NCBI GenBank assembly: GCA_022561385.1
Contig: JADFRG010000012.1
Coordinates: 1,071 to 65,070 of the forward strand
Source: Chloroflexota bacterium
GTDB taxonomy: Bacteria > Chloroflexota > Anaerolineae > Anaerolineales > E44-bin32
Reading direction: 5' to 3'
Length of the DNA: 64,000 nt
The notes under the pieces are model-generated. The model searched no databases and had not been told where the DNA came from. It was given only the letters and a program-made list of their open reading frames with translations. Both the position numbers and the translations under genes were made by a program. How positions within the stretch are numbered: position 1 is the stretch's first letter; the number at the start of each line of letters is the position of its first letter. This document shows positions 57,357-64,000 of the stretch, piece by piece.

Positions 57357-57773
57357 ATGGCGACTCTCGATTTTCCACTAACTGAGACTAAGGTCGTTGA
57401 GCAGACTCCCGGCATTACGTTGACCGATGGCGCTATTCGGAGAGTGCGGGCGTTGATTCAGGAGAAGCAGGTCCCGGGCGCGGCTCTGCGCGTGTATGTT
57501 TCCGGCGGCGGGTGCTCGGGAATGCAATACGGCATGGGGCTGGAACCGGATCCACGGGCAACCGATATCCGATACAAGTTTGATGACGTCCAGGTCGTCA
57601 TAGACCCGAATTCGATGGAGTACCTGTCCGGTATGACCATTGACTATGTAGACGACCTGATGGGGGGCGGTTTCAAGATCGACAATCCGCAGGCGGTAAG
57701 TTCCTGCGGCTGTGGCCACTCATTCAAGACGGAGGAAGCGTCGCAGGCCGGCTCCGCGGATAGCTGCTGCTAA
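57357..57773 (+). CDS. A-type Fe-S cluster carrier (HesB/IscA/ErpA family) with a C-terminal extension ending in Cys-Cys
   Basis: LRVYVSGGGCSGMQY and SSCGCGHSF signatures. Extra tail KTEEASQAGSADSCC. Confidence 0.88.
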   Translation: MATLDFPLTETKVVEQTPGITLTDGAIRRVRALIQEKQVPGAALRVYVSGGGCSGMQYGMGLEPDPRATDIRYKFDDVQVVIDPNSMEYLSGMTIDYVDDLMGGGFKIDNPQAVSSCGCGHSFKTEEASQAGSADSCC

Positions 57774-57800
57774 CACGCTCCACACTTTATTGATATCGAG

Positions 57801-57831
57801 AGCAGGTCGCACGTGCGACCTGCTCTTTTTT
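57801..57831 (+). terminator. intrinsic terminator after the A-type carrier gene
   Basis: Perfect palindrome AGCAGGTCGCAC/GTGCGACCTGCT followed by CTTTTTT. Confidence 0.7.
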
Positions 57832-57835
57832 CGCC

Positions 57836-58219
57836 ATGGACTCGTTTGACCGTTATTTCACGGAAGAAGAAGCCAACGCTCTTCTGGAAGAACTCCTTCC
57901 CGATATTGAGCTATTGATTTCTACCCGCAATCGGATCGTGGAGATCCAGCCTGAGTTCGATTCAGGCCTGCAGAAGGCACTTGGAAACGGTGGCAGTCAC
58001 GCCACCGGGGAACTTTTGATTCTGATGGGCCGCATCCAACGCCTGGTTGAACGTATCCAGAGAACCGGGGCGCTCGTGAAGAATCTCGAGCAGGGCCTGC
58101 TCGATTTCCCGGCTGAACGAGAAGGTCGAACGGTTTATTTGTGCTGGCAATATGGCGAGCCGACGGTCGCCTACTGGCACGACATCGACGCTGGCTTCGC
58201 AGGCCGGCAGCCGCTGTAG
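57836..58219 (+). CDS. DUF2203 family protein
   Basis: FTEEEANALLEELLPDIELL N-terminus and LCWQYGEPTVAYWH C-terminal pattern. 127 aa. Confidence 0.7.
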   Translation: MDSFDRYFTEEEANALLEELLPDIELLISTRNRIVEIQPEFDSGLQKALGNGGSHATGELLILMGRIQRLVERIQRTGALVKNLEQGLLDFPAEREGRTVYLCWQYGEPTVAYWHDIDAGFAGRQPL

Positions 58220-58220
58220 G

Positions 58221-58880
58221 CTAGTTCCCTCGCAAAACCGAGATAAGGACCCCGAACGTACCGAGCAGGACCAGCCCGGCGATCGTAAGTATGGGTGGGA
58301 TGCCTAGGCTCGGTTCGAGCTGCGGCGCGGCGAACGTCGCCTGGAGGATCGGTGGAGCGGCCGTAAAAGTGGGAAGCCGGGTGGCGGTGATGTCGGACAA
58401 ATTGAACTGCGCGGCCAAGGTCGGATCGATGGTGGGAGTGACCCGCGGGGTTGCGGTGGGCGGTGGCTCGATGATGGGCAGGAATGCCCCTGGCGGGTCC
58501 AGGACCACAAACGGCGAGTAGATCCAGGCAATATCGTTGGGAACGCCCCTGTAGGCGATTTGGATCCAGTCCCCGCCGGCGGTCCGGCCGATGGCGGGTG
58601 CGGTCTGCCCCGCAATCAACACGCCAACAAGTTCATACTCCGTGCCGGGACCGGTGCGCACGTTGACCTGCTCGGGAACAACAACCAACGGCCCCACCGG
58701 CGTGCCGGTGACGGTTGGGATGGAACCCGTGGGCGGTTGTTGGGCCGGCGCGGCAGATGCGGATCCCAAAAATGCGGGGCCTGCTATCGAGAGGATGGCC
58801 AATCCCCCTATCGAGACGGCGCGCAACCATCGATGGCCAACCGCGGGCCGATCACGCATCGTTCCCGGGTTGATGTTCAT
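58221..58880 (-). CDS. SH3b-domain protein with an N-terminal signal/TM and a C-terminal TM anchor
   Basis: VNVRTGPGTEYELVGVLIAGQTAPAIGRTAGGDWIQI. C-terminal PPILTIAGLVLLGTFGVLISVL. Confidence 0.7.
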   Translation of the reverse strand: MNINPGTMRDRPAVGHRWLRAVSIGGLAILSIAGPAFLGSASAAPAQQPPTGSIPTVTGTPVGPLVVVPEQVNVRTGPGTEYELVGVLIAGQTAPAIGRTAGGDWIQIAYRGVPNDIAWIYSPFVVLDPPGAFLPIIEPPPTATPRVTPTIDPTLAAQFNLSDITATRLPTFTAAPPILQATFAAPQLEPSLGIPPILTIAGLVLLGTFGVLISVLRGN

Positions 58881-60355
58881 TATCCGGTGGGTGGATTGAA
58901 GTAGTTATAAACCGCTCGACCCAGCTGGGCGAACAACGCGGCGGTGGGCTCCCAGATCATATCGGTATCGTCCCACATGAATATGGAGATCACGTAGTCG
59001 CCGCCGGGCGAGTACACGATTCCCGCATCGCTAATGAAATCAAGCGGCGATTGGGTCCATCCGTGTTTATGCGCCACGCGTGTGCCATCCGGAACGCTGG
59101 CCTGAAGGAGCCATCCGATGCGGTTTTGGGACAGCAGCGACAGGATCTGCACACATTCCTCGGGTTTCATCTGATCCGGAAAGGCCGCCAGCAACGCGCC
59201 CCCGCCCTCGGCGCAGGCATAGAGGTCGGCCAGCAAGAAGCCCACTTCGGAGGCGGTGGTTTGATTCAGTTGGTTCGGGCGAGTGTTGATGTCGGTTCGC
59301 TGGTTGGCCGGCGTCCGCAAGGAGGCTCCCGGAATGGGAATAGGAGGCGGTCGATACCATGCCACGATGTAGGAGCTGTCCAGGCCGACTTCTCTCAAAG
59401 TTTCGGTGACCAGCAGCGGTCCTCGGTCCCGGTCGATCCGCTCCATGAGCCAATTCGCGGGATCGTTGCCGGACAGGGTAATCATCTCTGAGAGCCAGCG
59501 GACGGCTTCATCGTCCAACGGATCGTCGAAGTACCTATAGAAGGCGGTGGCGATGCCAATCTTGATCGTCGATCCGGCGTCGAAGGCGATATCCGGCTTG
59601 ACCGAGATGTCTTCATTTTCGAAGTAGCCAAAGTGAAGCTCCTCACCCGACCTCAGATCGCGGACGTAAATCGTGGCCAGACCGTCGAACTGCTCCACAT
59701 CCAGATTTTGTTTTAGCAGGGTCTCAAGCGTAGACAGCGCCGGCCGCACGGGTGCGCTTTCCGCAACCGGCAAATTGACACTGCGGTCACTCGGCACCTT
59801 TAACACCTCGCCGACCAGCTGCGCAGCTCGGGCAATATCCAGCACTCGGCCGTTGCTGCCGGCCTCGAACTCGGCGCTTCCTGGGATCGGCTGGCTGGGC
59901 TTTGCGGGCTTGTCGTAGCGCGCGGCCAGATCCTGCAGGGTCGCCAGCAATTGCGTTTCGGAGAATTCGGCTCTCAGGGGCACGGCTATCGGCTCTCCCG
60001 GTCGACTCCACAGGAAATCCCAAAAGCCGCTCCAAAATTCAGTGTTTGTGCGCTCGAGTTCTCCGGCCGCCATCATGGCTTCCGAGTCCAGTTCGAATCC
60101 AATCTGAGCGGGGGACAGCACGATGCTTTCGCCCTCGTAGATGAGTTCGATGGGGACACTGTAGGTATGAAGCAGCCGTTCGAGCGCCGCGGGGCGGGCC
60201 AATCCCCCCACAGGAACTCCGCCAATCGTGAGCCCCTCCGGCAGACGCGCCCGTTGCCGGCTGTAGGCGATCAACTGGAAAAAGAACATGATAACTGCCG
60301 CCAGCAGCAATCCGATCGAAACGATCCGCAGAATGCTCGGTCCACCGCGACTCAT
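58880..60355 (-). CDS. membrane-anchored serine hydrolase, class A beta-lactamase-like
   Basis: N-terminal TM helix. SxxK (STIK), SxN (SGND) and a KTG-like KHG triad order. Confidence 0.7.
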   Translation of the reverse strand: MSRGGPSILRIVSIGLLLAAVIMFFFQLIAYSRQRARLPEGLTIGGVPVGGLARPAALERLLHTYSVPIELIYEGESIVLSPAQIGFELDSEAMMAAGELERTNTEFWSGFWDFLWSRPGEPIAVPLRAEFSETQLLATLQDLAARYDKPAKPSQPIPGSAEFEAGSNGRVLDIARAAQLVGEVLKVPSDRSVNLPVAESAPVRPALSTLETLLKQNLDVEQFDGLATIYVRDLRSGEELHFGYFENEDISVKPDIAFDAGSTIKIGIATAFYRYFDDPLDDEAVRWLSEMITLSGNDPANWLMERIDRDRGPLLVTETLREVGLDSSYIVAWYRPPPIPIPGASLRTPANQRTDINTRPNQLNQTTASEVGFLLADLYACAEGGGALLAAFPDQMKPEECVQILSLLSQNRIGWLLQASVPDGTRVAHKHGWTQSPLDFISDAGIVYSPGGDYVISIFMWDDTDMIWEPTAALFAQLGRAVYNYFNPPTG

Positions 60356-60440
60356 GGGGATTTGAGGCGCGGCAGTATATCATGCAGGCCGCTGGGCTAT
60401 TCTCTCTCCCTCAATGTCATTGATTCTGGCTTGGTCGCCA

Positions 60441-63119
60441 CTACCCTCTCTTTAATGCCGCAAGCTGCTGCTTCAATTTGGAGGCCGTTCCCTGCAGAGC
60501 CGCCAGCTTGTCACGTTCTTTTCCAACCACTTCGGCCGGGGCCCTCTTGCTAAACTCGCTGGATAACAGCCTCTCAAGCCGCTCGACCTGGTCGTTTGCC
60601 GCCGTCAGCTCTTTGGTTATGCGCAAACGTTCTTGTTCAGGATCTCTAAGGCCGGCCAATGGAATGTAGGCCTCGATTTGACCCACAACCAGTGGGAGCG
60701 ACCCCTCCGGAGGATCTAAATCCGCTGCGATCTGCACCGCTTCCGGATCCAGTCGGGCCAGCCAGGCCAGGGCCGCTCGGTTGGCCTCAAAGAATCCGGC
60801 CAGATTGCCGGCTTTGATCGCGATCGGGATTTTCTGAGCGGCCTCCACCTCCTTCTCTGCGCGAAGATTGCGCACGGCGACCACCAATTCCTTCAGCGGT
60901 TGAAACGCAGCGACGCCCTCCGCTTCCCATGTTTCCTCGGGTCCGGCGTCGGGCCAGCGAGCGATGATCAAGGCTTCCTCCCAGCCGTCGCCGGGCCCGA
61001 ACCGAGCAGGATGCCCCTCGCAGGTCGTCTTCAGCAAGCCAAAAAGTTCCTCCGTCACGAAGGGCATGAAGGGATGCAAGAGACGGAGCGTGGTGTGGTA
61101 GATGTGGACCAGGATGCGGGCCGTCAACCAGGCCCGGTCTCCACCCTCGCCGGTCTGGATCTTTGAGATTTCAAGATGCCAATCCGCAAATTCACTCCAG
61201 AAGAATTCGTATATCTGTCGGCCGGCCTCCCCATATTGATGGCGCGCGAAGAGTCGATCCACGTCCCGGATCACCTGGTTCATACGGCCGAGGATCCACT
61301 GATCGGAAGCGGTGCGCGCGGGATCCGCCTCCGGCTTTTCGGGCGCGGCCTCGACCGCGTTAATCACCAGTCTTCCTGCGTTCCAGAGTTTATTGGCGAA
61401 ATTACGGTTCGCGGCAAGACGCTCCATGCTCAGGCTCAAATCCTGACCCGGAGACGAGCCGGTCAGCAGCGTGAAACGCAGCGCATCGGTTCCGAACTCG
61501 TCCATTATTTTCAAGGGGTCGATCACGTTTCCGAGCGTCTTGCTCATTTTTCGCCCATCCGCGGCTCTGACCAGGCCGTGCAAGTACACCGTATGGAATG
61601 GCTCCTGGCCTGTAAATTCCAGGCCGGTCATGATCATGCGCGCCACCCAAAAGAAGAGGATGTCGTATCCGGTCTCCATGAGCGACGTCGGATAATAAGT
61701 TTTTAGATCTTCGGTCTCGGCCGGCCATCCGAGGGTGGAAAACGGCCATAGGGCCGATGAAAACCAGGTGTCGAGGACATCCGGATCCCGCGCGATGTTC
61801 GAGGATTTGCATTCGGAACAAATGGTGGGCGCTTCCCTCGCGACGGTAATTTCTCCGCAATCGCTGCAATGCCAGGCGGGGATCCGGTGGCCCCACCAGA
61901 GCTGCCGGGAGATGGTCCAGTCGCGGATATTTTCGAGCCAATTGAAATACACCTTCTCGAATCGTCGCGGCACGATTTTGATGCGGCCCTCGCGCACGGC
62001 CTCTATAGCGGGCGTGGCGAGCGAGTCCATACGCACGAACCATTGGGTAGAGATCATCGGCTCGATGATCTCACCGCCCCGCTGGCTGCGCGGAACTTGC
62101 TGCAGATATTCTTCTGTTTTTATTGTGAGTCCGGCCGCCTCCATGTCGGCCCAGATAGTCTCGCGACACTCATAACGATCCAGACCGGCGTACGGGCCGG
62201 CGGCATCGCTCATCGTTGCGTCCTTGTTCAGAACGTTCACGATCGGTAGGTCGTGCCGCTTGCCGATTTCGTAGTCGGAGGGATCATGCCCGGGCGTGAT
62301 TTTGAGCGCGCCGGTTCCGAACTCACGATCCACATATTCATCTTCGATGACTGGAATGGATCGTTTCAGTATGGGCACCAGGCAGGTCTGACCTATAAAT
62401 TTTCGGTAGCGTTCATCCTCCGGGTGCACCGCCACCGCGGTGTCGCCGAGGATCGTCTCGGGACGAGTGGTGGCCACCGGGATATATTCATCGGATTTTT
62501 CTAGTGGGTATTTGAAGGTGTAGAGCGTGCCCATCTCTTCACGGTATTCGACCTCGAGGTCACTGACCGCGGTCTGCAATCCGGGCGACCAGTTGATCAG
62601 ATAATCCCCACGGTAGATCAGACCCTTTTCGTACAGCCGCACAAACGCCTCAATCACCGCGCGCGAAAGCCCTTCGTCCAGGGTGAACCGTTCGCGTTCC
62701 CAGTCGCAGGAGGCGCCCAGCCTGCGCAGCTGCTCGGTGATGATGCCTCCATATTTATCCTTCCACTGCCAGGCCCGTTCTATAAACCGGTCCCGGCCAA
62801 GCTCGGCCGCGCTGGTGCCTTCAATCTCCAACTGCTTTTTCAATTGCAGTTCGGTGGCTATGCTGGCGTGGTCGCTGCCTGGGACCCACAAGGTGGGGAC
62901 GCCCTTCATCCGGCTGTGGCGGATCATCAGATCTTGGGTGGCGGTTGTGATCGCGTGACCGAGATGGAGCTCGCCCGTGATGTTGGGAGGCGGCATCGAA
63001 ATGACAAACGGGGATCCCTCCCCCCGGGGGCGGAAATACCCCTTCTCTTCCCACCACCCGTACAGGCGCCCCTCCACAGAGGAGAAATCGTAGGTTTTTT
63101 TCAGCTGGATATCGGCCAT
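60441..63119 (-). CDS. valS: valine--tRNA ligase
   Basis: PPNITGELHLGHA (HIGH), KMSKTLGN (KMSKS), C-terminal coiled coil, 892 aa. AAGGAGG SD at 63130-63124. Confidence 0.95.
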   Translation of the reverse strand: MADIQLKKTYDFSSVEGRLYGWWEEKGYFRPRGEGSPFVISMPPPNITGELHLGHAITTATQDLMIRHSRMKGVPTLWVPGSDHASIATELQLKKQLEIEGTSAAELGRDRFIERAWQWKDKYGGIITEQLRRLGASCDWERERFTLDEGLSRAVIEAFVRLYEKGLIYRGDYLINWSPGLQTAVSDLEVEYREEMGTLYTFKYPLEKSDEYIPVATTRPETILGDTAVAVHPEDERYRKFIGQTCLVPILKRSIPVIEDEYVDREFGTGALKITPGHDPSDYEIGKRHDLPIVNVLNKDATMSDAAGPYAGLDRYECRETIWADMEAAGLTIKTEEYLQQVPRSQRGGEIIEPMISTQWFVRMDSLATPAIEAVREGRIKIVPRRFEKVYFNWLENIRDWTISRQLWWGHRIPAWHCSDCGEITVAREAPTICSECKSSNIARDPDVLDTWFSSALWPFSTLGWPAETEDLKTYYPTSLMETGYDILFFWVARMIMTGLEFTGQEPFHTVYLHGLVRAADGRKMSKTLGNVIDPLKIMDEFGTDALRFTLLTGSSPGQDLSLSMERLAANRNFANKLWNAGRLVINAVEAAPEKPEADPARTASDQWILGRMNQVIRDVDRLFARHQYGEAGRQIYEFFWSEFADWHLEISKIQTGEGGDRAWLTARILVHIYHTTLRLLHPFMPFVTEELFGLLKTTCEGHPARFGPGDGWEEALIIARWPDAGPEETWEAEGVAAFQPLKELVVAVRNLRAEKEVEAAQKIPIAIKAGNLAGFFEANRAALAWLARLDPEAVQIAADLDPPEGSLPLVVGQIEAYIPLAGLRDPEQERLRITKELTAANDQVERLERLLSSEFSKRAPAEVVGKERDKLAALQGTASKLKQQLAALKRG

Positions 63120-63501
63120 GGAACCTCCTTAAACTAAATGCCCTCCCGTCCTTGAGGACGAGAGGGTTTATCTCCCGCGGTACCACCTCAATTCGCCACG
63201 ATCAGGCGCACTCGATGTCCCTGAGCCGGAAGCAACTTTCCCAGTGGAAAACCGGCTCTGCAAAGGCTAGATGTCCTGCGAGACAAGACAGGCCCTGCGT
63301 ACCAGGACTGGCTGTAACGGGCTCCCCGCGCCGTTCTAGTCCCCTTGTGGGATTTTTTGTCTCCCATTGCGGGTTTCTTCGGCGGTATGCGCTGGGCGAC
63401 TTTCGGATTCGGCGACTGTGGGGGCTCTCAGCCTCTGGCCCCATCTTTTCTGCCAGCGCTCGGAAACCTACTCCTCCCAGGAAAATCCCTATTTAATTGT
63501 G
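63120..63501 (-). promoter_or_regulatory. T-box leader of valS
   Basis: Minus-strand T-box core AAUUGAGGUGGUACCGCG (63193-63176). Antiterminator UUGAGG-[UGGUACC]-GCGGGAG-AUAAACC-CUCUCGU-CCUCAA (63191-63152). It competes with hairpin CCCUCUCGUCC-UCAA-GGACGGGAGGG (63166-63141). Candidate Stem I 63468-63372 with GUC at 63400-63398. Confidence 0.8.
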
Positions 63502-63507
63502 GTTTGG

Positions 63508-63537
63508 ATTATAGCAACGATCAAAACCCCCCGTCAA
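63508..63537 (-). promoter_or_regulatory. promoter TTGACG-N18-TATAAT for the valS T-box leader
   Basis: Minus strand: TTGACG 63537-63532 and TATAAT 63513-63508. Confidence 0.55.
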
Positions 63538-63754
63538 TTGAAAGCGCTCCGGTGGACGTTGACGACCTTTGGCCGGCCTGTGGGGCTTAGCCAGGCGCCC
63601 GAAGTTCAGCGCCCCGCTCGAATGGATCTCAGCACGTATTCGCCGAGAGTCGAGTGGACCCATATTGGGTGCAGGAAGTTCAGCCCTCCCGTCCAAACAG
63701 TGTTCGGTGTGCCTTCATGGTGAGGGTACTGTCCACATGTCGATTGGGGGAAGT

Positions 63755-63970
63755 TTAACTTTCTTGCACCGCGGGCAGTTTTCCGGTTCCCCTCAGGGGA
63801 CCGCTCCATTCCTCAGGAAAAAGCTCCAGGGCCCGTCTGGCGGTCTTCACGATATCCGGGTCCTGGTCGAACTGAACCTTGTGCACCGCTAGTTTGGCCG
63901 GCGGCGTATGCCACTCGATGAGCCGCAGCAGCGCGATCATGCGGGCGCGGTGATTGGTGGCCTCCACCAT
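63755..63970 (-). CDS. hypothetical 71-aa ORF
   Basis: AGGAGA about 12 nt upstream of the ATG. No family recognised. Close to the window edge. Confidence 0.25.
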   Translation of the reverse strand: MVEATNHRARMIALLRLIEWHTPPAKLAVHKVQFDQDPDIVKTARRALELFPEEWSGPLRGTGKLPAVQES

Positions 63971-64000
63971 GCTCCCATCTTCTCCTTTCGTAAACCCGGT

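Noticed and set aside
57357-57773. HesB-like proteins can be selenoproteins, so I checked this gene for a hidden UGA.
   Set aside because: All signature positions are encoded as Cys (TGC/TGT). The ORF is complete and ends in TAA.
17457-57824. The shared stem AGGTCGC...GCGACCT at 17457-17474 and 57804-57821 as a second repeat family.
   Set aside because: There are only two short GC-rich occurrences with different loops and flanks. That is not enough to distinguish a family from chance.
63152-63723. Plus-strand track ORFs 63152-63496 and 63367-63723 upstream of valS.
   Set aside because: They lie antisense to the T-box leader and its promoter. They use TTG starts, have no SD and have non-coding-like composition.

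Overview
High-GC (~60%) bacterial chromosomal segment. The style points to a Chloroflexota-like organism: PT-rich secreted SH3b/LysM proteins, a fused nuoCD, and many start codons sitting just downstream of a -10 box. That assignment is inference only. I call about 55 protein genes, nearly all housekeeping: alaS (3' part), ruvX, mltG, rpoD, mutS, miaA, pyk, mdh, valS, korAB, a liv-type ABC system, modABC, a peptide-type ABC system lacking ATPases, and a nuoB-nuoCD-nuoI module set among Fe-S biogenesis genes. There is one tRNA-Gly(CCC). I found no transposase, integrase, CRISPR array, prophage or defence island, and I cannot point to a convincing novel multi-gene system. Points that the ORF track does not explain:
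1. selD is a selenoprotein. Its N-terminus lies beyond an in-frame TGA and is followed by a hairpin.
2. A polytopic membrane protein gene is split by a single in-frame TGA.
3. A 75-bp bulged-hairpin repeat family has 7 copies at 5 loci, always at gene boundaries. One locus is a 3x tandem array, and the copies generate several spurious ORFs.
4. A degenerate 22-bp tandem array (66-bp super-period) fills one intergenic region.
5. An MtaD-type deaminase is fused to a CYTH-like domain.
6. A long T-box leader precedes valS and has its own near-consensus promoter.
7. Recurrent TTGAC(A/G)-N18-TA(T/G)AAT promoters occur, plus a set of leaderless-looking genes.
All coordinates were anchored to the ORF track. 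All family names are recognised by eye; no search was run.
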